Positions 52,830 through 64,000 of a DNA stretch of 64,000 bases are shown here, piece after piece. Location of the stretch: the NCBI RefSeq assembly GCF_009914755.1, contig NC_060929.1; one strand, written 5' to 3'. The notes beneath the pieces are model-generated. The model was not told where the DNA came from. It searched no databases and worked only from the letters and a program-made list of their open reading frames with translations. Positions within the stretch are counted from its first letter, which is position 1, and each line of letters starts with the position of its first letter. The position numbers and the translations under genes were made by a program. The stretch comes from the human T2T-CHM13v2.0 reference genome, Homo sapiens.

Positions 52830-53380
52830 TTTGATGGGCTGGTCTAAACCCAGTTCAAACTGACTTAAGTAAATAAGGACAACAGAAATAAGAATTAATA
52901 AATAAATACTAAAAAGTGATTTAGAAGATATTGTTTCACTTCACCTCCGAGCGCAGGGGTATAATTAGCTTCAGGCTTGCCTAGAGTCAGTGGTGCAAAC
53001 CATGTCACTGATAGCTTAGGCATGTTTGTCTGTCTCCCTCTGGCTTAGATGGATCTCAAACAGGCCGTCTACTCACTGGTTCCCAGAAGCTGCAGGCTTG
53101 CATAATCCTTACAACTAGAAATTCAATAGAAAAAGCATTCACCTTCTTAGTTATCCTCAGGATTGACTCTCCTTGGGCTGCCCTGGTCTTATGCTTATGC
53201 TGCAACCAATCATTGTGGTCATGGGAATAGAAGGGCCTGATTGGCCAGGTTTGGAAGATGTTTCTATCTATGGAGTAGGCAGAGACTGATGATAAAGGAT
53301 ATAGAGTGGGGTGGGGTGGTTTTCCGCAAAGGAAATTAAGGTGCAGCCACCAAAAGAAGCTGATGCTTGGCAGACAAAAT
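52830..53380 (-). mobile_element. Old MLT1 (K/L-like) MaLR LTR
   Basis: aaacccagttcaaactgacttaag...tagcttcaggc...aaccaatcattgtggtcatggg...ctgattggccaggt...aaaggaaattaaggtgc. Confidence 0.65.
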
Positions 53381-53994
53381 CAACAGGTGCCCATTGTATT
53401 TATTTTTTAAACGAGCATCCACACAGAACCATGAGGTACAAGGTAAACAAAAAGAGGAGATTCTTGCTAGATTGGGTATGGGGAGTTGGGGTGGAGAGAG
53501 ACTCAGAGATCTGCTCATTCAGCCACATCTCACAGCTCTTGAGAGAAGCTGACCCCTTCCTCGTTTGCCTGGCATGATCTTGGTTTATGTGTGTTGTTCA
53601 TTTTAATTACTGATAACACCCCGTTTTACTCTCAAAAGTGGCGTGGTTTGCTTAATAGATTTTATGGTTACTGGATCGTGGGGATTCTTTAAGCTTTATT
53701 AGTTAATTCACCCCAAACACTTGTAAAACTCTTGATCTACATCCACCAAGGCATCCACTTCCATAAATCAGACTTCTGTGTTTCATCTGAATAATATGAA
53801 ACCTTGGAAGAGTTTAACTCATCATCTCCTCTCATTTTACTTGTTTCCCATGAAAATGAAACTTATTATCATTTGATGCAATTAATATTTGTTTTTATTT
53901 ACCCACATTTAACAAATGTTTTGTTCACCATTGTTTCTTGAATATCAATCTTTTCCCTGGGATAAATTTTTACCTTTCTGAACCGTTCCTTTGG

Positions 53995-54152
53995 GAGTTT
54001 GCTACTCAAAGTGTGGTCTATGGACGAACACCACCATCAGCATCACCTGAGAGCTTATCAGAAATGCAGAACCTGAGGCTCACTAAGTCAGAGCCCATAG
54101 ATCAACAAGATTCCCAGGAGTTCAGTAGACACAGTCAAGTTTGAGAAGCCCA
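53995..54152. mobile_element. MER5A hAT-Charlie MITE
   Basis: tgctactcaaagtgtggtc...catcagcatcacctgagagcttatcagaaatgcaga...caagtttgagaagc. Confidence 0.85.
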
Positions 54153-54172
54153 TTTTAGAACAGTGAACTTAA

Positions 54173-54270
54173 CACAAGATGTTTTCATTTTCTATTCCAT
54201 TTTGTCTCTGATTCTCTCATATTTTAACCTCTGTGTCTCTGTCTTCAATATTATGGATAAATTATATCTT
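54173..54270 (+). repeat. 98-bp direct repeat, copy 1 (partner at 54896-54993)
   Basis: cacaagat...ttatggataaattatatctt, 94/98 identical. Confidence 0.93.
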
Positions 54271-54372
54271 ATCTTTCATTGCTGTCTGCTCACTGTAGTC
54301 TCCTAGGTGGCTTAAAAACTAAGTACCAGTATACACATTTTTAGAGATAGAGAGACAGAGAGAATGGGGATG

Positions 54373-54374
<2 letters not shown>

Positions 54375-54430
<56 letters not shown>
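54375..54430. repeat. (GA)n microsatellite
   Basis: About 23 perfect GA units plus a short extension. Confidence 0.97.
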
Positions 54431-54519
54431 ATGAATGCCTGGGCTCCTCCTCAGACCATCTAAATTAAAATCTGGGTAAGGACCACTACACCAAGAGCTC
54501 CTTTAGTTAGGATTTATTG

Positions 54520-55600
54520 GTGACATGCTCTCATTTTTCTGTTTGTCTAAAAAATACTTATGATTCATTATTGCATAATAGCCAGTTATACAATTCTAGG
54601 TTGCTATTTATTTTTCCTCAGTGTTTCAGAGATTGAAAAGAGTGTCTTTAATTTTTGTTGCTATCTGTTGAGAATAAACTCTTTTCCTCTGTAGGCAATC
54701 TGAGTTTTAAATTTCTGCTCAGTACTAAGATTCTTATTGTCTTCAATGTTATGCAGCTTTACTCCATTGTGACTAGATTTGTATTTCTTATTTCTTATTG
54801 TATCTAGGATTTTTTGCAGTTTCTAAATCTGAGGATTCAGATTACTGTCCCATCTTCTATACATTCTTTGCTATCTAGAATGTTAATTGGATTTGCACAA
54901 GATATTTTCATTTTCTATTCCATTTTGTCTCTTATTCTCTCATATTTTAATCTCTGTGTCTCTGTCTTCAGTATTATGGATAAATTATATCTTTCAATTC
55001 TAATCATTTAGTGAACATATATGCGTCAAATTTTTCTATTTCATGATTTTATTTTTTCACTTGAATGTCCATTTAGAACATATCACTTCTAGAAGTTCAT
55101 TTTATAATCAGACTGGTTTTTCCTTGAGAGTGTCTTGCTCCTTGCTCAATTTGAAAATTCTTTAAAAAATATTCAAATATAGTTATAGGCTGAATCTCAT
55201 AATTTCACTATCTAATGTTATTTTCTGTTGTTTCTGCTCAATACTGCTCATGAACACCTGTCTCTTGTTCATGTTGCAATTTGAGCGGAGAGTGAAGTTA
55301 TGTTATCTGGAATTGATCTGTGGATATTTTGTGAGGCCTGAGTTGAGGGTGCATTCCATCCTTGTAGAGAAATTTGTGTTGACCTCTGCCAGGCTCTGTA
55401 AAGTACAACTGAGTCAAGACCACTTTGATTTCTTGTCTTGGGGTTTCCTGAAATATGCTGGTTATGTAAATTTCAAAGCCCCTTGGCCTGAGGATAGGCC
55501 TGCGATTATGTATTTTTCAGAAGAGATGTTTTCTCCTTCTAGAATTCAGCATTAGATAAACAAAATCCCCTTGCCTAGGTCTTAGTTGACTGTCAAAACT
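54520..55600 (-). mobile_element. Highly degraded L1M/HAL1-like LINE remnant
   Basis: T-rich tract with aattctaggttg, gttgctatctgttgagaa and ttctaaatctgaggattc motifs typical of old antisense L1/HAL1. Confidence 0.5.
54896..54993 (+). repeat. 98-bp direct repeat, copy 2
   Basis: 94/98 identical to 54173-54270, offset 723 bp. Confidence 0.93.
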
Positions 55601-55639
55601 TTTTTCAGTACAATCTTTCCCTGAGGGGAAATGCCCAGC

Positions 55640-55770
55640 TGTCAATTATTCATTTTGTTAATGAGGAAAGTGAGGCTCAGAGTTCAACTTGCTGGGAGTC
55701 ACACTCAGCCCCTGAAAGCAGAAATGAAAAGAGGGCCCAGATCTTCTCATCGTCCAGTTGTTTTCTCCTC
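55640..55770 (-). mobile_element. MIR fragment
   Basis: cattttgttaatgaggaaagtgaggctcagag. Confidence 0.7.
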
Positions 55771-56279
55771 CGACAAAACAAGCTACAGAAATAGCATCAC
55801 CTTCTTCTAATAAGAATGGCTTCACCTTTGCCTCCAGTTGGACAAGTAACAGCAAGATTCAGTTATTCCTCATGGTTAAGTTTGATGAATTATAGAAATA
55901 GGTTACTTAGATATATTTTAAGAATCATAAGAACATAAAAAAGTCATATGAGCTAAGACTTATAGTCCCCACTATTCAGTATTTTGTCTTTTATAGTAGT
56001 ACCAAGGGACATTGGTGTGACATGATGATAGTTGCCCTTTGTGATATTGTCCTCAAAGGGGGCATCCCTAACTGGGAAAGATCTATCATCCAAGAATTTC
56101 TCTAAAGCCTTCTTGAACTCTCATTACATTTTTGGTTTGTACAACCTTAAGGCACTGCTTTACAAGGAATTGATCTTATACTAGTCAGGACATGGGCTAA
56201 ATAACCCTGAAGTCCTTTTAAAATATGATTTCAAGTATCATAAATCTTGTTGGATAATCACACTCTGCAAATGGAGGGA

Positions 56280-56530
56280 ATACAGTAGAGTGATACTGAG
56301 CTCTGAAGTCAAACAGCCTATGTCCAAATACAGGCTTTATCCCTATGTCCTAACTGTGTGACCTTGGGCAGAATCTTTTACTCTTCTGAATCTCTGTTTC
56401 TTCTCCTGGACAAGGGCAGTGACTGTAGGATTATCATAAGGTTACTGGGAAAAATGAATACAATAATATACATAAAATTACTTAGCACAAGGCTTGGCAT
56501 ACAGTAAACAAATGAAAGTATTCTCAGTAT
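56280..56530 (+). mobile_element. MIR SINE, near full length
   Basis: gctctgaagtcaaacagcct...ctgtgtgaccttgggcaga...acttagcacaaggcttggcatacagtaa. Confidence 0.8.
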
Positions 56531-57649
56531 TACCATTAGTGATATTGTCATTAGTGTCGGTAGATGTCATTAGTGTCATCCTGGTCACAGACCTCACCAA
56601 AAAAGTGGCTGCGATCCCATTTCATATGTTTTAAAACATCTGGAGGCTGAGGGCAGAAGAGGATATAAGAGACCAAAAAAAAAATGAATTATTATACTGT
56701 GAAAGAATTTTAAATTTTATGGATTCCAGTATGTACTAAATAAATCACAAACTTTTCAGGAAACAATTGTTAAAATATCTTTGGATGTGCTGTTGTGGGA
56801 GTGCTTCATATTGAAAAAGAGAGATATAAACTAACCAAGTAAATAAGGTTACTTGCGGTTCCATTCTGTATTTTACCCTTACATAAATTGACTCTGATAT
56901 TTGGTCGCTGGGTTTCCTCAATTATTTTATTTTTGCCAAAAAACAAAACAAAAATAATGTGGCGTGTAATAGCTCTAATGTTAATAAAATTGAATGTTTA
57001 TTTTTCCCCCTGGAAAGTGGCCTCTCCACTCTTTCTTAAATGTCCCATTCTGCCTCGACATTTACTTTGCACTAGTAACAACACTCAATTTTCATTGACA
57101 TTATCTTCTAAATACAATCAGATCAAAAATCGCCAACATCATTCTCATTCCTCTCCTGCAAGCAGATAATACAAGACAGGGTCTAGCTGATAACTTCCAC
57201 TTCAGTAACCTCTGATTCCACTACTTGAAATGCTTTGTGTGGTTTTCTACTAGACCAGAGGCAGAGGTATTTGTGTAAAACAGGCGATTCCCGTCAGCAA
57301 AGATGCAAGATGTGGCATTTGCCTTTAATTTCCTTTTGCTGGGTACAGGGACTCTGTGAATGGGCAGGTCCCTGAGGGTGACTTGTACCAACTGGAGCCT
57401 GTGCCAGCACGGACCTTCCCAGGCACACACTTAACATTTTTCCCCAGGGGCTTGTGCTTAAATCTGCAGGTTGAAAGGAACTGAAGTGAAACTTCTAAGA
57501 AATGGTGGTGAGCATTTAGGATGTTCTAACTCAGTTCACATAAGTGTTGATGTGTTCTGTGACAGTCTCAACCCCAAACGAAGTGCACTCATGTTTACTG
57601 GCAAAATTGGGAATAGTTTTTCAAAAATTTACCATACGAGTAAACTTCC

Positions 57650-57870
57650 CAGTTTACTTAAGCTCTCCAAGCCTCAGTTGCTTCATCTGCAGAATGGAAA
57701 CAAACATTAATTATGATATTGAATAAAAACATTACATTATTACATGTGCTAAGTTAAAAAATCTCAAAATTACTAATATTAAATATTAATATTTTTAGAA
57801 TTATTTGAGAGTTGGCTGAGATCACTCAAGGACAGTACTTAGAGGGCCTGGCATATTTACATGTACTCTT
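57650..57870 (+). mobile_element. MIR fragment
   Basis: tacttaagctctccaagcctcagttgcttcatctgcagaatgga. Confidence 0.65.
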
Positions 57871-58129
57871 CATATATTACTAGCTTTTCATAGTAGTAAT
57901 CCTAATGTAAGCCTATGCTAGGTTTCTTTTCACAAATGGTCTGAAATATTCATTCTTCTGTATCTGGAAAGCAAAGTGGCCTACTGAAGACATTATATAA
58001 ATTCAGTCCAAATGCTATTTGCACTTGATATGCCCAGATGTTTGAGGTGGAAAAAACATATTGAATTATCTGGATACTTCCTTAATTTGGGGGAGAATAA
58101 ATTTCCTATGTTGGATTTTTGAATACATT

Positions 58130-58240
58130 TAAGGTGCTCAACCATCCAGGTTTGCCTGAGACTGAAAGGGGTTTCTGGGATATGGCACTTCTCAGCAATA
58201 TAACTAGGACAATCCTAGGCAAACTTTATGAGTTACCTTA
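58130..58240. mobile_element. MER81-like hAT-Blackjack MITE
   Basis: aggtgctcaaccatccaggtttgcctgagactg...ggggtttctggga...cctaggcaaac. Confidence 0.7.
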
Positions 58241-58351
58241 TACATTATAGCTCCCTGTAAATAATGTAAGACACTCAAATATGATGAACTTTTAAAAATA
58301 CACAGGTCTTTTGTCAATGCAAAAAAATTCTTTGGTGGAGAAGGAGAGAGC

Positions 58352-58900
58352 TGTATCCTTACATCTGCTTTCAGTTGCAAAAATAGCTCAATACTGAACT
58401 AAAACTGGCTTAAGAATAAGGCCCTTGAGTCTGGAGGTGGATAGTTTCTGGCTTGGTTCAATAGTTCACAATGCCTTTGAGGACTAAAGAATCTCTGTAT
58501 TGGTGTTGGCCGTATTTGCCCTTGAAGTTTCATTAGGCTTCATCTTCAAGCACCTCTCTCTGCCACAGTGACACCCAAACCAGGAAAGGCAAGTCAGGGG
58601 AGAATCTACCTCCAGCATCTCTCTTTTTTCATCAGGGACTAAAATTATTCTAAGAATCACTCAAATTTCTCTCATGCTTTATTAGACAAAGCCGAGTCAT
58701 CAGTCCACCCATCAGTCAATCAACCAAGTGCATGGAATTATTAGATATTTAGACAAACCATAGGTCATCCTCTGGTCTAAGAGAGGGACACAGCTTCTCT
58801 GAGCACCTGTTAATATGAACAAAAATGAGATTTGGCCAGTAAAGAAGGAGGGAGGTTGGAGAAACAACTGCTGTCTACTGAGCAGACAAACAGTATCTGC
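58352..58900 (-). mobile_element. Old MLT1 (J/K-like) MaLR LTR
   Basis: tgctttcagttgcaa...aaactggcttaag...gcttcatcttcaag...aacaaaaatgagatt...agtaaagaaggaggg. Confidence 0.6.
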
Positions 58901-59781
58901 CATGGGCAGTGGAGAGGAGACAGTCGTCTCACTAATGTCCACTCCTGTTCTTTAGGCAGCCATGTATGTCGCTGATAAGAGGGCTTCTTGCTGTTGATTT
59001 CCCAGGTGCCTGGGTATAATGGGAATAGGGCAGATGTGCCACCTTCTATTGAATGGCGTGTGTTGTGAAGGCCAGGGAATTCACATGAAACTTCTACATA
59101 TCTCAGTTTCTCTGTCTGAGCACTTAAGATATGGCCAGCAGCCTCCTAAACCAGAAGAGGCATCTAACCAAGGAAAACACAGTAAAGAACTCTTCATTTT
59201 GAAGTTTGTTTCTTGCCTGCAAATCAAATAAGATATTGATCTTTCATCTCAGGAGAAAGTCTTTCATTGGCCCTTGATGGCACAATTCTCATAACAAAGT
59301 CCCCAACAAAGAAAATATAATCTGGTGTTCTCACCTTTGAAAATCTCCTCCACTCCCCAAGTTGCTCCCTCTAAGTGAGCTGAATGTGTATACTCTACCC
59401 TCTTTCCTGGGGCTGCTTCGTTTATTTAAGGATGAGAGTTCAAGGTCACTGAAGAAAATCTTTCTCAGCTCCACCAAGAGTCCCCTTATGAAGAAACAGA
59501 AATCTAGCTCTTGTGTAAATGATCAAATCCTTGTTTAACAGAGACTTACCTTGTGATATCAAGGTTTGTTGTCTGATTTATACTGCTTATGACTCCTGTG
59601 AGGGTGTTATGAGGTTTCATGAACTAATGATTATGGAGTTTAATATTTTTTAAAAACGTTCCACAAATGTTAAATGCTATTACTCCTTGGGTCACTCCCT
59701 GTTTGCATTTAATATAACTTCCTGCATCATTCATACGCTGTAATGGAGAAGCAGATTCCAGGGACATTCCCTGGCTACTTA

Positions 59782-60257
<476 letters not shown>

Positions 60258-62614
60258 TTAACTGAGCACACACTTGGCATAACAATAAGCTGATTCTTTT
60301 ATTTGGAATTTCCAAAACGAACTTTAAAAATAAAAGAGGAGGAGCATTTCTAAGGAATGCAGTATGACTTTGGTGGGCTCACGGTTCTCAGTGTTTACAT
60401 GCATCCTTGAATGTGCTGCTTTATACATTTCTCTAGCAGTTTGTGGTTTGTGTTTGTGTTCAGATGTGCAAGGATAATAGATATGGGAAAAAGAGTGATG
60501 CATTTTAAAATTATACCGTTTGTAGATTGTGGAGAAAGTTCTTAATAAGAAGTAAAAAATTAGAAAATGTTCATTTAATTGATTTGGTGTATATAGTTTT
60601 GTTCAAAATAAATGTGTGAACATGTCTTGCTCAAGAAAAGCAGCATTTAAGAGGGAAACTCATCAGACTGATGGTTCTATCCGTTGAAGACAGTTAAGAT
60701 GGAGGAAGCGTAAAGAAAAAGAAAAACACAAATTAGTATGAGCACAAAGAATGAGCTTAAACAAAGCTATGATTCTCTCATTCACAAATATTATATATTG
60801 TGCTTTTTTTTTTCTGATATCCCCCCCTTGGCTCCTGCTTCTCATTCCTGTAAACAGCAGTGACACATCACACCTGCTGAACTTTTTCACCTCCAACTCC
60901 AAATTAGAGGAAAGTTGGCTTCATACTGATTGTACTTTACTGGGGACAGACGGCAGGGTGGCAGATGGGGGAGGGAGTGCCTGTAATTAAGCAAAACGGT
61001 TTAAAGTGTAGCTTTCTTAGACAAACCGTGGTTGTAAGTTATAGCTGCTCTTTACTTGCTAATAATTGCAAAATCTATTGCTGCCACTTTTGAGGTTTTT
61101 TTTTTTAAATAAAAGACTATTAAAATGGAATAAAAGCTTAATAAGTAGATTAGTTAGAACAATAGTCCTCATGAGAATGTTTTGATTCTGAGTATAGCTG
61201 CTAAAGATAACCCTAAATGCAATCAGGTTTAGCTCCCTGCATGTGTGAAAGGAAGGTAATACCCTCAGAGATTTTGCCAACAGATGACATTATTTTTTAA
61301 GTATCTCTTTCTACATTTAAATTAGTCTTTCCTCTGGGCACCTGCAACAAAACCTTTGTTAAGAATCACCAGAGAAACAGAGCTCTGAATAAATGCTCAG
61401 TGGAAAATTATTTTTGAGAATTTGGTTTTAGATGTTTCACATCAAAAAGATGGATGGCAATGCATCCAAGAGGGAGCGCTTTGTGATCCTTCTCTGTCCT
61501 CTTTGAAATTTTAAGGATCAAAACTCCCAAGGTGTCCAGAGATAAGTACAAAGGGAGCCCTGCAATTTTACTAAACATATACACATTATAAAGCGCAATG
61601 TGATCCAATGTCAATGAAAGTGTGTCCATATCCTGTCCTTTTTGTTTTATTTTATTAATTTCATTCCTTTGGCCAGATATTTATTCTCTCTCTGTCTCTC
61701 TCTCTAATTCTCTCCCCCTCTCTCTCATCACATTTTTTTTTCTGTGCACTGAAAGACCTGTATGAGACTCAGGAAACAATCATTCACAGACTTGATCATT
61801 CAAATTGCAATGAACGTTACTACTCAAGAGTGTTCTTCAGACAGGATGGCACAGACGATACTGAGAGTCTTCATTACCTCCTGGGACATGCACGTTCACA
61901 GTGAGCCTGACTTCCACTTCCTGTCTCTATCCTTCCACTTTTTTCCTTGGAAGGTATTTTCTTTTAGATTTTCCTATGTCAGTGCCCTCTAGATTACACA
62001 TGCTGTTTTCAACAGCCTGCTGGGCAAATCTATCAGGTTCCAAAGAAGTAGTCTGTTTTGCATTCCTCCTTGCCATTTTTCCTTCCCCATTCAGTTCATC
62101 CTTGCTTCTTTTTTGCATCCCAAGCCATTGCATTTACTCAGCTCTGTAGGAGAGACTGGGAAACCCTGGCACTATCCCAAGTATGTAGTTTATGAAGTCC
62201 CCTGTCACCAAATTAATTAAAGGGACTCTTTCATTTGCCTGTCTACACCCACCCAAATATGACAATAAATGTGTAATCTTGTGACTTGTTTCTTTTTTCC
62301 CCACCATTTGAATTCAGCCTTAGACTCATAGTTGTTGAAGTATAGAGGATATAGAAGAAAGGCATCATTAATATGATTTGGTCTGACACACACCTACCCC
62401 ACCCCATAGTTCCGTAGCAGTGCTTTATGAGGATAATGTGAATTAAAATGAAGTTTATGTTGAGACTATTTTGCTGTTGTATAATAGCCCTGACATAAAT
62501 GGAGAAGCATTTGAGAGTCCCATCAGCCAAGGAGTAAGCTCATATTTATTTAGCATAGTCATAAAACAGGTTAGGTATCAGTCACTCACACTATTATTTT
62601 GAACAGTAGAATTT

Positions 62615-62797
62615 TATAACCTGATGTTTTAACATTTTTCTCGGGCATAGCTGAAGTCAGAGTCATCTGGAGACTTTATTGAACTACACAGACTGGGCCC
62701 CACTGCAAGACTCATCGACAGCTTGAGTAAGGCCCAAGCTGGTAGATATTTTTAGTTTCCCAAGTGATTTGACATCGAGTTAGGCATAAGAACCATG
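62615..62797. mobile_element. MER5-like MITE
   Basis: cagagtcatctggagactt...ctgggccccac...ttcccaagtgatt...gagaaccatg-like end. Confidence 0.5.
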
Positions 62798-63403
62798 AAA
62801 CCAGACTTATACAAATAAATATTGTATTTTATAGTGATCTATTATGTATGTCTTTATGAATAAGTGTGTGTCTATTATAAATATCCATTTATCACCATGT
62901 CATGTTAATCCCTTTAGAACACCTATAATATAGGTATATTCTACGTAAATAAAATCTTTAGCTACAGATATATATATATTTATAGCTACAGATTATATAT
63001 ATATATTATATATTTATATATCTCCAGAAATATAGAATAGGCACAGATATTTTCCTAACAATTATACACAATTCCTGAATGATACATTCTGCTTGTAATA
63101 TGGAAGTTATGAATTCTCTGGGCTATAAACATTTCAATAGTCATAGTAATGATCTTTTATGGAACTCATTCTATGTGCACTGTGCTGGGATAAATGTTTT
63201 TCCTGCATTATCTCACTTAATCCTCACAACAAACCTGTGAAACTAGTGCTTGCATTTCTGCTCTAATGTAATATATGCATTCTTTAAAAATCTTGCAATG
63301 TGCAAAATTATGCAGTGAAAACAAACCAAGATGATTTATAGTAAATCTGTGTTAGAGCAGACCATTCAAAACCTATACAAACTGGTAACTAGGGCATCAA
63401 CAA

Positions 63404-63453
63404 AACAAAAGACAATTTCATAAAATAACAAAAGACAATTTTATAAAATAACA
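63404..63453 (+). repeat. 23-bp tandem duplication
   Basis: aacaaaagacaattt[c/t]ataaaat occurs twice. Confidence 0.88.
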
Positions 63454-63576
63454 CACTGACAGAGTATCATAAATGTCTGATTCATTTGTGTTTGTGTGTA
63501 TATGTATATATACACACACATATATATACACACATATATATACCTTTATTTTATAAATATATGTACCTTTAATAAA

Positions 63577-63657
63577 AAAGATAGATTGATTAGAACCTGA
63601 TTTAATATATAACATTAATGAAATAAAGATAAATTGATTAGAACCTGATTTAATATA
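63577..63657 (+). repeat. 33-bp direct repeat (period 48)
   Basis: aaagata[g/a]attgattagaacctgatttaatata at 63577-63609 and 63625-63657. Confidence 0.9.
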
Positions 63658-64000
63658 GATTCACTCCCCTTGACATAAAACTGAGATCCATGCCTGTGGC
63701 CTTCTGGTGATCTAACCTCAAGTACTAGAGGGGTGAATGGATCACATACATACCCCACAGGCAAGTTTCCTAACCCATCATTCCTCTTAGGCTTTCAGTA
63801 GAAGCTTAGAATCAAATAATCTTATGTGATACTCTCTGAAGAAGGTTTGGCATTGCAATATATTCCACTGGTTATTTAAAATAGATCTGTGCGATCTGAA
63901 AATCAAACTGGGTGTTAACGCGGTGGATTCCTAAATGAAAGTTTACTTTAAAAGATGTAAGTTCAGGTGTTCACGCAGGCACCTATTTCTCTCAGAAGAG

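Overview
AT-rich, non-coding primate genomic DNA, most likely human or another catarrhine (AluY, AluS, AluJ and L1PA copies are present). It reads as a large intron or gene desert. I found no credible protein-coding gene, rRNA, tRNA, CRISPR array or CpG island, and I could not identify the locus. The longer ORFs trace to Alu, L1, MER44 or low-complexity sequence. Much of the window is fossil transposable elements: nine Alus (one a monomer), L1 3' fragments, MaLR and MER21 LTRs, Tigger and hAT MITEs, and many MIR and L2 remnants. Between them lie repeat-poor tracts rich in homeodomain, SOX and FOX motifs, which may be enhancers. Three things stand out. (1) A non-Alu inverted repeat with ~267-bp arms at ~93% identity around a 169-bp spacer (42141-42845). 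(2) An old L1 insertion whose TSD, poly(A) and polyA signal enclose ~190 bp of non-L1 DNA, a probable 3' transduction (47837-48828). (3) Several short locally copied segments (39 bp, ~47 bp, 98 bp) lying 0.7-3.5 kb from their partner copies. Repeat family names come from recalled consensus sequences, boundaries of old elements are approximate, and identities are hand alignments.
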